Source: an uncultured Candidatus Saccharibacteria bacterium
GTDB lineage: Bacteria > Patescibacteriota > Kazan-3B-28
Reading direction: 5' to 3'
NCBI GenBank assembly: GCA_964461775.1
Contig: CAYWVE010000029.1
Location: forward strand, 1 to 24,054
Length of the DNA stretch: 24,054 bases
Made by a program: the position numbers and the translations under genes. Below the pieces are notes generated by a model. That model searched no databases. It was not told the origin of the DNA and saw nothing but the letters and a program-made list of their open reading frames with translations. Below are positions 1 to 13,065 of this stretch, piece after piece. Positions within the stretch are counted from its first letter, which is position 1. Each line of letters opens with the position of its first letter.

Positions 1-526
1 GCGCTTGCTCAGGGCTGGTAATATCCGGCTCGGTCACAATCTCGGCCAACGGCGTCCCGCACCGATTCAAATCCACCAAGCTTCCATTAGCAGTGTGCAT
101 CAGCTTACCGGCATCTTCTTCTAGGTGTAGTCGCGTGATCCCCACTACAAATTCTCGCTTGCTCTTGTCTGTCTGATCCAAATAATCTACCATCACTCGA
201 CCGTGCTCACCCATAGGGAAGAAAAACTGCGACACCTGATACCCTTTAGGCAAATCCGGATAAAAATAATTTTTCCGATCAAAGCGTTGAAATTCATTTA
301 TTGCGCACCCCAGCACCGTCGCCAATCGCGCCCCAAACTCCACCGCCGTTGCATTCATTGCCGGCAGTGTGCCGGGGTAGCCCATACAGATCGGGCAAAC
401 ATTACTGTTTGGTGACGCATCGGAATCATTTTTGCATCGACAAAACATTTTGGTCGCTGTGGCCAACTGGACATGGATCTCCAACCCAATCACCGGTTCG
501 TATTGTGCCAATAATTCTTTATCCAT
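1..526 (-). CDS. gatB: Aspartyl/glutamyl-tRNA amidotransferase subunit B, N-terminal part (runs off the window start)
   Basis: My translation from ATG at 526 gives [29 protein letters not shown]...[14 protein letters not shown]...[19 protein letters not shown]...[13 protein letters not shown]...[17 protein letters not shown], which are hallmark GatB motifs. Not in the ORF track because it is truncated. Confidence 0.97.
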   Translation of the reverse strand, partial: MDKELLAQYEPVIGLEIHVQLATATKMFCRCKNDSDASPNSNVCPICMGYPGTLPAMNATAVEFGARLATVLGCAINEFQRFDRKNYFYPDLPKGYQVSQFFFPMGEHGRVMVDYLDQTDKSKREFVVGITRLHLEEDAGKLMHTANGSLVDLNRCGTPLAEIVTEPDITSPEQA

Positions 527-528
527 AA

Positions 529-936
529 TTATCCTGCCAGTTTACCAATCGCCCTACCCAAACTCTCTACCGCCCTGCGGATCTGACCAGCATTCGGCCG
601 GGCATCCACCTCATGTGCCAGCCGATTGCGCAGTTTGTGAGCTTGCCATACTTCTTGTTCCAAGCTCCCCAGCCAACCACGGCCGTTTTTCAACCGGTCA
701 CCCATAGTCTGCCCGGCTACCCCCCGCCATTTCAATACTTGATCCAGCAATTTGTCTGCTTCCATCACTGCCCTTACCTGTGCATGCTCATCTGCACTAT
801 TTAACATAATCTTAATCTCGCCCCACCGCTTACCAATCTCACTGCGCTGGCTCTCAGCCAAACCCCCTCGTCGCCGACTCATCAGCCACCACGCCGCTAC
901 TGCTACTAGCAAAACTACAATCAATCCGTAAATCAT
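529..936 (-). CDS. Membrane-anchored hypothetical protein with HEPN-like RxxxxH motif (135 aa)
   Basis: N-terminal hydrophobic helix ([15 protein letters not shown]) followed by RRR. Contains [10 protein letters not shown] and [11 protein letters not shown] (R103-H108). The start ATG overlaps the gatA stop (ATGA) and the stop lies 2 nt before the gatB ATG, so the ORF is real and operonic. The HEPN assignment is inference. Confidence 0.8.
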   Translation of the reverse strand: MIYGLIVVLLVAVAAWWLMSRRRGGLAESQRSEIGKRWGEIKIMLNSADEHAQVRAVMEADKLLDQVLKWRGVAGQTMGDRLKNGRGWLGSLEQEVWQAHKLRNRLAHEVDARPNAGQIRRAVESLGRAIGKLAG

Positions 937-2402
937 TGCATGCCTCCCAACTTAGCATTTAGTTCCTGCCGCCAATCTGCTGTGGCCGTGGCTTCTTCAA
1001 ACGCTCGCGCCACCCGCAATACCACCTCTTCTTCAAATGGTCGGCCAATAATCTGCAGCCCCACCGGCATCCCACCAACCATCCCGCACGGGATCGAAAT
1101 TGCTGGCAACCCCGCCATACTCGCTGGAGTCGTCAGCAGATCCGCCTTGTACATCTCCAGCGGGTCGCTCACTCGCGCCCCCAGCTCAAAAGCAACCGTC
1201 GGGGTGGTCAGGCTGACGATCACATCTACTTTTTCAAATGCTTTATCAAAATCTTGTTTTATCAGAGCTCGCACCTTTTGCGCTTTGTCATAATACGCAT
1301 CGCGAAAACCAGCCGACAAAGTATATGTCCCTAGCATAATTCTGCGCTTCACCTCCGAGCCAAACCCTTCAGCCCGAGTTTTTTTATACACATCAGCCAA
1401 GCTATCAGTGTCTGGATCGGTAGCTTTAGAAAATCCATAACGGATCCCATCGTACCGTGCCAAGTTAGCCGACACCTCGGCAGGCTGAATAATGTAATAA
1501 GTCGCTAGCGCATATTCTTCATGAGGCAAATCAACCCCTACAACATCAACCCCCCTGTTTCGAAACTCATCCCGCACATTATTCAAAAAGCTGTCCTTCT
1601 CATCCAGCCCACCTGCGGCAATAGTGTCTCTGGAAGACAATATACCTCTCATAAAACCAATTCGGATACCGTCAATGGGCTTTTTGCATTCGGCCACATA
1701 ATCCGGCACCGGTACGCCGACAGTAGTCGAGTCCTTATCATCCTGCCCAGCTATCACCTGCAACACCCTTGCTGCATCCTCTACCGTTCGGGTGATCGGG
1801 CCGATCCGATCCAACGAGCTAGCCATTGCTAGCAATCCATAGCGGCTTACCCGCCCATAAGTTGGCATCATCCCCACTACACCGCAAAAAGCCGCTGGTT
1901 GGCGGATCGATCCGCCCGTATCACTCCCCAAAGCAAAAGGCACCAAGCCGGCCGCCACGGCTGCGGCTGCACCGCCCGAGCTCCCACCCGGCACCCGCTT
2001 GGGGTCCAGAGGGTTCAGCGTTGGTCCATATACAGAATTTTCGGTACTTGAGCCCATCGCAAACTCGTCCATATTAGTCTTGCCTATCATCACCGCTCCC
2101 GCCTCACGCAGCTTACGAATCACAGTCGCCTCATACGGGGATACAAATCCTTTTAGCATCTTAGAGCCAGCCGTAGTTGGTAATTCTAGCGTAGCCATAT
2201 TGTCTTTGGCCAGATACGGCACCGCCAACTCAGATTTGCCACTGGCAATCGTACCCAACATCTCTCGGGTAGCTACGCCGTCCGGCACCACCGCATTGAG
2301 CACTTTTTTTTCCTCGATCAAACTCAGCGATCTATCTATCGCCTGCTCCAAGCCTAATTTTGCCCACACATCGATTGTACTCATCAGTCCGTAATCACCC
2401 AC
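933..2402 (-). CDS. gatA: Glutamyl-tRNA(Gln) amidotransferase subunit A
   Basis: Amidase signature GKTNMDEFAMGSSTENS, PGGSSGGAAA, GSDTGGSIRQPAAFCG, plus SANLARYDGIRYG and EVKRRIMLGTY. The true start may be GTG 2402 or ATG 2384. Confidence 0.97.
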   Translation of the reverse strand: MGDYGLMSTIDVWAKLGLEQAIDRSLSLIEEKKVLNAVVPDGVATREMLGTIASGKSELAVPYLAKDNMATLELPTTAGSKMLKGFVSPYEATVIRKLREAGAVMIGKTNMDEFAMGSSTENSVYGPTLNPLDPKRVPGGSSGGAAAAVAAGLVPFALGSDTGGSIRQPAAFCGVVGMMPTYGRVSRYGLLAMASSLDRIGPITRTVEDAARVLQVIAGQDDKDSTTVGVPVPDYVAECKKPIDGIRIGFMRGILSSRDTIAAGGLDEKDSFLNNVRDEFRNRGVDVVGVDLPHEEYALATYYIIQPAEVSANLARYDGIRYGFSKATDPDTDSLADVYKKTRAEGFGSEVKRRIMLGTYTLSAGFRDAYYDKAQKVRALIKQDFDKAFEKVDVIVSLTTPTVAFELGARVSDPLEMYKADLLTTPASMAGLPAISIPCGMVGGMPVGLQIIGRPFEEEVVLRVARAFEEATATADWRQELNAKLGGMQ

Positions 2403-2409
2403 TAGCTGC

Positions 2410-2706
2410 TTATGCCTTATCTATAATCTTTTTTACCTTGATAAATTCACCCTCCCGTTGAGGGGCTCGTATCAAAAACGCTTCCCGCTCTATCACTGAT
2501 TCAGCTATCTCGTCCGCCTGCATTACATTAGCCAAGCCCGTAATCTGCCCCATCTCCCCCGTATTTGCAGTATCGATCTGCCCCAACTGGTCGATGTACC
2601 CCACTACTGTCGATAAACTATCGACCAGGCTCGCCCGCTCTTCGCTCGAAAGCTCAATTTGAGCTAGCTCCGCCAGCTTGATCAGATCGGCATCGGATAA
2701 TTTCAT
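2410..2706 (-). CDS. gatC: Aspartyl/glutamyl-tRNA amidotransferase subunit C
   Basis: 98 aa directly upstream of gatA, with the GatC pattern (KLAELAQIEL...YIDQLGQIDT...D...APQREGEFIKVKKI). Confidence 0.93.
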   Translation of the reverse strand: MKLSDADLIKLAELAQIELSSEERASLVDSLSTVVGYIDQLGQIDTANTGEMGQITGLANVMQADEIAESVIEREAFLIRAPQREGEFIKVKKIIDKA

Positions 2707-2714
2707 ATATGGGT

Positions 2715-2720
2715 ATTATA
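2715..2720 (-). promoter_or_regulatory. -10 element (TATAAT) 8 nt upstream of gatC ATG; probable leaderless start
   Basis: Minus strand reads TATAAT-ACCCATAT-ATG, with no SD sequence. Confidence 0.65.
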
Positions 2721-2794
2721 CAGCCAACCGCATTGACAACAAAGCCCCATTTTGCAATCCTATAGCTACCTTTTGTACATTATGGAGGCTGATT

Positions 2795-3037
2795 ATGGCT
2801 CGCGGATCACATCGCCACGGCAGGTCACCAAGTTCTAAGAAAAAGAGCCCTGACTACACCCCTCTCTCTGACGACAAGCGCCAGCGCTACGCCAAATATA
2901 TCGAAAACAGCCGGAGGCGACCCACCCGTTCGGCAAGAGTGGACACCTCAGAGACCGACTCCAGACCTCTCATCATCCTATGCTTCATCCTGGCTGGTAT
3001 CGCCTTGTGCACCTTCTATGTCGTTACCCGGATCTAG
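2795..3037 (+). CDS. Small basic tail-anchored hypothetical protein (80 aa)
   Basis: GGAGG at 2784-2788, 6 nt before ATG 2795. R/K/S-rich N-terminus and C-terminal hydrophobic helix (LIILCFILAGIALCTFYVV). A terminator follows. The ORF-track start at 2678 overlaps gatC and is unlikely. Confidence 0.75.
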   Translation: MARGSHRHGRSPSSKKKSPDYTPLSDDKRQRYAKYIENSRRRPTRSARVDTSETDSRPLIILCFILAGIALCTFYVVTRI

Positions 3038-3050
3038 CCCGCCTCTCCCT

Positions 3051-3072
3051 GCCGGAATTATCCGGCTTTTTT
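3051..3072 (+). terminator. Rho-independent terminator
   Basis: GCCGGA-ATTA-TCCGGC followed by TTTTTT. Confidence 0.85.
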
Positions 3073-3085
3073 ATTATCCATCAGA

Positions 3086-3114
3086 TTGACAGATCTATAG
3101 TCTTTAGTTACTCT
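3086..3114 (+). promoter_or_regulatory. Sigma70-type promoter for the 503-aa ORF
   Basis: TTGACA (3086-3091), 17 nt spacer, TACTCT (3109-3114). SD GGAGG at 3149-3153 precedes ATG 3159. Confidence 0.7.
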
Positions 3115-3158
3115 GGAAGCAGATTTTTCTGTAGTTTAACAACCCAACGGAGGCCTAT

Positions 3159-4670
3159 ATGCATCTCATCATTACCGTCTGCCTGGGCGTACTCGCCTAT
3201 GCAGCTATCGGGTACCTCCTGCTTGTGGCCTACATGTGGCGCTACAAGCGAACAGGGATCCTCGGCATCCAGCCCAGAAGCGTCATCTGGCGCATCCTGG
3301 ACTATCACTTCAATCTCGGGCTGTGTCGCTGGATGACACATAACACCAGGTGGGAAAGGAGGATAGCCGCGGACCCCAAGTATGGCAGCCTTTGCTACAC
3401 CTCGCTCGCCATCTGGTGGTTTACCCACCTCATCCCCCTCGTCACACTTGCATCCATCATCATTTACCTGTTTTTCTTCATCTTTATGCTATGTTGCGCA
3501 ATTGGAAATGCATTCGAGTACATGACCATTAAGGTACTCGGCAATCGGGCCAATCCAATCAACCAGTGGTGGTATCACCTGGGCTTGTGGATCAAGACCT
3601 CTTCAGCCGTCCACGCCCTGCGCACCCATACTGATCGCACAGCACAGGGATGCATCGCGGTACTGAAGTACCTCTGGCAGTGGCGACAGTTTATCCTGGT
3701 GGGCATCGTCCTCGCCTTAGCACTGGTAAACATTCTCTACGCTCACCTCAGCCCTGGTACCAGCTTTGGAATAGCAGCATTTGTTCTATTCCTCCTTGCT
3801 GGCCCAGCCAAGTTCATCTGCGCCGTAGCGTTCACCAACAAAGTAACTCTCGAACGCCGTCACCTGACAAACTTCATCGTCAGCGCTGGGGTTGTCTGCT
3901 TTGGGTGGGTCTTGAGCCAGCTCGGTCAACCTACCACACCCATCGACATCCAGGTACTCAACCCGACCATCCAAGGGCTTAGCTTTCTGGCTATCTCATT
4001 GATTTGGCTGAGCCTAGCGGACAAAACCTTTGGCGCTATTGGCCAATGGCACTACCACAACTACTATCTGATTCGCAGCCACACTCGCGATCACCCATTG
4101 CTCGGCGAAGATCTCCCAACCGATGCCCTGCGTCAAGCCTGGTATCAGCAGGAAGGCAACCCCAACGGCAAAAAGTTCACCAAGAACCAGAGAAAACAGA
4201 GGCTGGATACGCATCCACCCCTGACGCTCACAGACTTCTCGCTGGCTTGGTATCGATTCCGTTTGCAGCTCTGTGCCTCACTCCTCTTTACCGTAGTCAT
4301 GCTCATCCAGGTTCAGACACTCGGCTGGACTATTCTCTGGGTTATGGTCATCACCATCACTACCCTTGGCTTGTGGGTGGAGATGCATACCAGATGGTAC
4401 CAGCTCAACGATCCAGCCTCTCGGGACAATCTGATCGAGCGCTTCAAGCAAGAAGCTCTGAAAGATCTTGAAAAGGAGCTGCGTCCGTCCGCTGTCACGC
4501 CTCACCGCTGGCCAAGCGCGCAACCCAAAACTCCACGCCCCTACAAGCGCAATCGGCTCTATGAACTTCTCGATGGCATTGGATCCTGGGCCACCGATAC
4601 TCTAGACGGAGTCTGCCCCAAGGTAACCGTCACGATCATCCGACCCGACCCACCCGCGCCCAGCACCTAA
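3159..4670 (+). CDS. Polytopic membrane protein of unknown function (503 aa)
   Basis: Long ORF with its own promoter, SD and terminator. Roughly 8-10 hydrophobic segments. No family that I recognise. Confidence 0.85.
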   Translation: MHLIITVCLGVLAYAAIGYLLLVAYMWRYKRTGILGIQPRSVIWRILDYHFNLGLCRWMTHNTRWERRIAADPKYGSLCYTSLAIWWFTHLIPLVTLASIIIYLFFFIFMLCCAIGNAFEYMTIKVLGNRANPINQWWYHLGLWIKTSSAVHALRTHTDRTAQGCIAVLKYLWQWRQFILVGIVLALALVNILYAHLSPGTSFGIAAFVLFLLAGPAKFICAVAFTNKVTLERRHLTNFIVSAGVVCFGWVLSQLGQPTTPIDIQVLNPTIQGLSFLAISLIWLSLADKTFGAIGQWHYHNYYLIRSHTRDHPLLGEDLPTDALRQAWYQQEGNPNGKKFTKNQRKQRLDTHPPLTLTDFSLAWYRFRLQLCASLLFTVVMLIQVQTLGWTILWVMVITITTLGLWVEMHTRWYQLNDPASRDNLIERFKQEALKDLEKELRPSAVTPHRWPSAQPKTPRPYKRNRLYELLDGIGSWATDTLDGVCPKVTVTIIRPDPPAPST

Positions 4671-4684
4671 ACTGCACCCAATCT

Positions 4685-4711
4685 GCCCCGCTCAATGCGG
4701 GGCTTTTTATT
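4685..4711 (+). terminator. Rho-independent terminator
   Basis: GCCCCGC-TCAAT-GCGGGGC-TTTTTATT, between the convergent 503-aa ORF and dgkA. Confidence 0.87.
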
Positions 4712-5078
4712 AGCCAAATATATAAAACCTCACATACGGCCAAAAAATTATCGCCGCTACCGCTACCGCCCCCAGCGCCATCAACAAGGTTAGCCCCGCC
4801 ATAATATCTTTGGCTGCTTTGAATTTGGGATTGTATTCGGTACTGATCCCATCCAAAATATTTTCCAATACACTATTGATCACCTCGCTTGCAAACACCA
4901 GCAGGATCATCAGTACGATCAAACCCCGCTCTACCGATCGCACATGCAAGATATATGTCAGCACTATCACCGCTACCGCTACCAAAAATTCAATCCGAAA
5001 ATTCTGCTGGCCTTGCCACAATTCCACTATCCCCCGCCAAGCATACCGAAAACTCCGATTAAACCGATGCCAATTCAT
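4710..5078 (-). CDS. dgkA: Diacylglycerol/undecaprenol kinase (DgkA family)
   Basis: SFRYAWRGI...QQNFRIE, SEVINSVLENILD, AAKDIMAG: the prokaryotic DAGK signature with 3 TM helices. Confidence 0.9.
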   Translation of the reverse strand: MNWHRFNRSFRYAWRGIVELWQGQQNFRIEFLVAVAVIVLTYILHVRSVERGLIVLMILLVFASEVINSVLENILDGISTEYNPKFKAAKDIMAGLTLLMALGAVAVAAIIFWPYVRFYIFG

Positions 5079-5110
5079 GAAACACTGCTAAACCGTTATA
5101 AAAAGCCTGA

Positions 5111-5854
5111 CTATTCAAAAAATTTCCTAATCCGCCGCCACACCCGTGGTTCTACCACTTTAGATAACCCCATGTGTCCACCCGATCGCAACATTACCGA
5201 GTCTGCTCCTGTTCGCTCCACTAGCTCATCAAGTGGATCCATAATGATAATCTCGTCATCTGCTGCATTTATAATCATCGTTCTGGCTCCCTCTATTTTG
5301 TCCAAAGATTGCATCGGATTATAAAATCCGCCTTTGGCAAGCTTGTCCCAGTCCTTTTTCTTCATCCGGTACCCATTACCAAACGCCATCTCCACAAACC
5401 GACCCAGCTGGCTCAATGGTTCGGCCGACTTTTCCTCTAGGCGCCAATCCAAAACCGGCGATAGCGCCACAACCTTGTGTACTCGCTTGTCACTCGATGC
5501 CTCTAGCACCGCCGGCCCCCCAAAGCTAGCCCCAATCAGATAAATCTGTGGCTTTGCAACTCTGTATTGCTTGTTGGTCCACAAATCCACAAAGCCCTTC
5601 TCCACACCAACAATTACATCCAATAGATCGCGAGTAGGCGACTTATCCAAAAACCAACCGTCACTTTCCCAGCTTCCTCGATACCGCCAATTGATCACCC
5701 AAAATCCCTGAGCTGCTAATTTTTCCAACACATCATCGCGCCTACCTGGGTAAGACGGCATACCCGCGCACAAAACAATTACCTTGCTAGTCTTGCGCGC
5801 GGGTACCACCACCTCCGCCACGATGTCTTTTGCAAATCGCGTCCGGATGATCAT
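5111..5854 (-). CDS. Alpha/beta-fold hydrolase (esterase/peptidase-like)
   Basis: Nucleophile elbow GASFGG, YRGSWES, candidate Asp in AADDEII and His in GGHMG. Confidence 0.88.
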   Translation of the reverse strand: MIIRTRFAKDIVAEVVVPARKTSKVIVLCAGMPSYPGRRDDVLEKLAAQGFWVINWRYRGSWESDGWFLDKSPTRDLLDVIVGVEKGFVDLWTNKQYRVAKPQIYLIGASFGGPAVLEASSDKRVHKVVALSPVLDWRLEEKSAEPLSQLGRFVEMAFGNGYRMKKKDWDKLAKGGFYNPMQSLDKIEGARTMIINAADDEIIIMDPLDELVERTGADSVMLRSGGHMGLSKVVEPRVWRRIRKFFE

Positions 5855-5863
5855 GCTTGTATC

Positions 5864-6400
5864 TTACAAACCAAAGTTAGCCGAAGCTCCAGCCCCACCT
5901 TGCAAACCCTGCAGCAATTCACTGAAGTCAGTAAATGTTACATTGCGTGGCTCCTGAAACTTGCTCTGGTCTACCTGCCACGGCTGGCACTCGTAGTTCA
6001 CATCCTCATCCAGATCAAACTGGTCGTTCACCGCAGAATCATCGGCCTGTCCTTCGGTACTCATCTTGAAACCCTGAGTTTCGCCATCTACCCACACGAA
6101 AGCAGTGTCATCTTTTACAATCACATGCCCAGACTCCCGGCCATCGCCCACCACTACCTCAAAGTCGCCACGCATCCGCTGCTGAGCTACAAAAGCCACA
6201 CCAGAAGATTCCTCACTCTCAAAAGTACACTGCTGGGCGGTACCCATACTCAGCAGCGACCGCAGACTACCCTGCGACTCTTCGGTTTGAGTATTGTTAT
6301 TAGCATTGTTGCTCTCTGCACCACCCCGACTCTGCAGCCCCGCCCACGCTACTCCACCTATCACTAACGCTCCAATTACATACAACCAGACATTGTTCAT
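5864..6400 (-). CDS. Membrane-anchored/exported hypothetical protein (178 aa)
   Basis: N-terminal hydrophobic anchor, N/T/E-rich linker, and a beta-rich domain with two Cys (QQCTF, YECQPW) and a DxSxFxxP motif. Resembles a family I associate with CPR genomes. ATG 6400 is preferred over TTG 6412. Confidence 0.78.
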   Translation of the reverse strand: MNNVWLYVIGALVIGGVAWAGLQSRGGAESNNANNNTQTEESQGSLRSLLSMGTAQQCTFESEESSGVAFVAQQRMRGDFEVVVGDGRESGHVIVKDDTAFVWVDGETQGFKMSTEGQADDSAVNDQFDLDEDVNYECQPWQVDQSKFQEPRNVTFTDFSELLQGLQGGAGASANFGL

Positions 6401-6437
6401 AAGAAATATCAAAAAGTTATTACCCTTAGTCTAACAC

Positions 6438-11359
<4,922 letters not shown>

Positions 11360-11404
11360 TTGTGCCTATATTATAGCGCATCCACCTACCCTCTGGCTTT
11401 ATTT

Positions 11405-11417
11405 TTCTCCCCAATTG
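11405..11417 (-). promoter_or_regulatory. 13-bp motif CAATTGGGGAGAA upstream of the ATPase -10 (TATAAT at 11370-11375)
   Basis: 12/13 identical to the motif at 12665-12677, at a similar distance from a -10 element (30 vs 28 nt). Confidence 0.4.
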
Positions 11418-11436
11418 TTATCTTCCTACCTTCAGT

Positions 11437-12558
11437 TTAGGCCAACTCGTACAGACCCTTGGTCGACTTCTTAAACAAATCACGGTTCTGCAGGTTGGCC
11501 ACAACTGTATTGCGCTTCACCTGACGCCGGGCCAATACCTTTTGGACAATGTCATCAGAGCTAGCTGCTCCACCCGATTCTTCGATCACCTCTCGAATCA
11601 CATCCGAAACCACACCAGGAGTAAATCCTTGATCTTTCAAAGCATAAATTCCTCGCCCAACCAAGACAAACCGTGTATCACCAATTAGCTCGTTGTGCAC
11701 TGTGCGCGACAACACTCGTCTTCCAGGAAACTCAATGTTGATCGACTCAGCAATCTCACGAAAATGCATGGGGCGAGCCCATTTTTGTAATATCAAAAAC
11801 ACCTTATCGCGAATTCGCTTAGGTGCTACCACCGGCCAATTCTTCAAACCCCAACGCGCATCCAGCGTCATCCCCAAATTTGCCGCAACCCGCAACGCAC
11901 CGGCCAGCACCGATCGGTTCAGCTGGGCTCCGTATTCACTATAAGCATCTCCAGTTAGAAGCTTCTCCCAAATCTCTATCTCGGTCATGGGTTGACCACT
12001 TTTTTGCAATATCTTTTCAATCTCCCCAATCAATTTAGGCAACATCGCCATCGGGAAGCCTTTTACCACCCAACCTGGCTCAAACATGTTGCCCTTACCC
12101 AGCTCGGCTACCTCTGGGTTCATCGCCATCACCAACCGCAAAGCATTTAGCTCAGCCTCTACCCGTGGATCTGACTCTACCCGAAAGTACCGCGTCAATT
12201 CGCGAAGCGACACCATCCCACCCAGCTCGATTGTGTGACCGTTAATCATTTTGGTCAAAGCCTGCAGATCTTTAGTTGGTCGAGCCGCCAATCGCTTGAT
12301 TGCAGCCGCCTCAATCTGGCGCACCCGCTCTCGCGTGATGCTAAACTTTTTACCTACTGCATCCAAAGTCGTCTTCTGACCATCTTCCAGACCATAGCGC
12401 AGAGTCAACACCTCCCGCTCTCGTTCTCGTAGGCTATTTACCGCTCCAGACACCACAACCAAAGGATTCAGCGCCTCACGGCTCCGTTCTTCTTGCTCAA
12501 CCATAATCGAGCGAATAATCGAGTTTTCACCACCTTGGTCGTTGTGTAATTCTTCCAT
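11437..12558 (-). CDS. Sigma70 region-4 HTH fused to HARE-HTH/RNAP-delta-like winged-helix domain(s) (373 aa)
   Basis: N-terminal [41 protein letters not shown] is sigma region 4. C-terminal [26 protein letters not shown]...[20 protein letters not shown] is wHTH, followed by another wHTH-like segment. No sigma regions 2 or 3 are recognisable. Confidence 0.82.
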   Translation of the reverse strand: MEELHNDQGGENSIIRSIMVEQEERSREALNPLVVVSGAVNSLREREREVLTLRYGLEDGQKTTLDAVGKKFSITRERVRQIEAAAIKRLAARPTKDLQALTKMINGHTIELGGMVSLRELTRYFRVESDPRVEAELNALRLVMAMNPEVAELGKGNMFEPGWVVKGFPMAMLPKLIGEIEKILQKSGQPMTEIEIWEKLLTGDAYSEYGAQLNRSVLAGALRVAANLGMTLDARWGLKNWPVVAPKRIRDKVFLILQKWARPMHFREIAESINIEFPGRRVLSRTVHNELIGDTRFVLVGRGIYALKDQGFTPGVVSDVIREVIEESGGAASSDDIVQKVLARRQVKRNTVVANLQNRDLFKKSTKGLYELA

Positions 12559-12631
12559 CAAATCTTCTTAGATATCGATAAATCTCCTCCAAAACAGCGC
12601 CCTCTACGACGCCCACCCCTATTACCCCTTC

Positions 12632-12660
12632 ATTATATCACTTTAGTCATTTTTTGTCAA
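12632..12660 (-). promoter_or_regulatory. Perfect-consensus sigma70 promoter with extended -10
   Basis: TTGACA (12660-12655), 17 nt spacer, TG-A-TATAAT (12640-12632). Confidence 0.9.
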
Positions 12661-12664
12661 ATAC

Positions 12665-12695
12665 TTCTCTCCAATTGCTCTCACTATTCTCCAAT
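12665..12695 (-). promoter_or_regulatory. Direct repeats ATTGGAGA (20-nt period) immediately upstream of the -35
   Basis: Plus strand TCTCCAAT at 12668-12675 and 12688-12695. The first copy is part of the 13-bp motif shared with 11405-11417. Confidence 0.4.
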
Positions 12696-12696
12696 C

Positions 12697-12719
12697 AAAA
12701 AACCGCTCTTACAGCGGTT
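12697..12719 (-). terminator. Rho-independent terminator
   Basis: AACCGCT-GTAAG-AGCGGTT followed by TTTT on the minus strand, downstream of the 92-aa ORF. Confidence 0.8.
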
Positions 12720-12738
12720 AAAGCTCGAAGCCAAGTAC

Positions 12739-13017
12739 TTAGTTAGCCCAAGAAAACAGCTCTTCCCGAAACTCTTGAATTATTTGATTCTTGGTGGCCA
12801 AATCATTTTTTGCCTGATATTGGTCCAGATAATCCAATGCCGCCTTGTACTGCTCGTCCGTAATCGTAATTTGGGGCGGGAGGTTGTCGTAATTCACTAC
12901 ATCGGCGCTCGCCCCGCCTGCCAAATCACCTAGATACTGGCTACTAATCAACAAAATACCGGCTACTACTATAAAAGCCGCCACACCCCCGATCAATCTC
13001 AATCGCTTCTGATCCAT
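12739..13017 (-). CDS. Small membrane-anchored hypothetical protein (92 aa)
   Basis: N-terminal TM helix and short helical ectodomain. TATGAT lies 7 nt upstream of the ATG, and it has its own terminator. Confidence 0.8.
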   Translation of the reverse strand: MDQKRLRLIGGVAAFIVVAGILLISSQYLGDLAGGASADVVNYDNLPPQITITDEQYKAALDYLDQYQAKNDLATKNQIIQEFREELFSWAN

Positions 13018-13034
13018 TGCCTATATCATAAACC

Positions 13035-13065
13035 AAATAAAAGAGGGTGGCTACATAGCCACCCT
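13035..13065 (-). terminator. Rho-independent terminator overlapping pgk stop
   Basis: AGGGTGGCT-ATGT-AGCCACCCT (9 bp) followed by CTTTTATTT. Confidence 0.82.

Noticed and set aside
933-936. Possible genetic code 25 (TGA = Gly) as in Gracilibacteria/Absconditabacteria
   Set aside because: gatA ends at TGA overlapping the next ATG, and all long genes are open under code 11 with GGN glycines.
2795-4711. Mobile element or prophage call for the plus-strand islet or the DUF6915 cassette
   Set aside because: No integrase, transposase, tRNA att site or flanking direct repeats were found.
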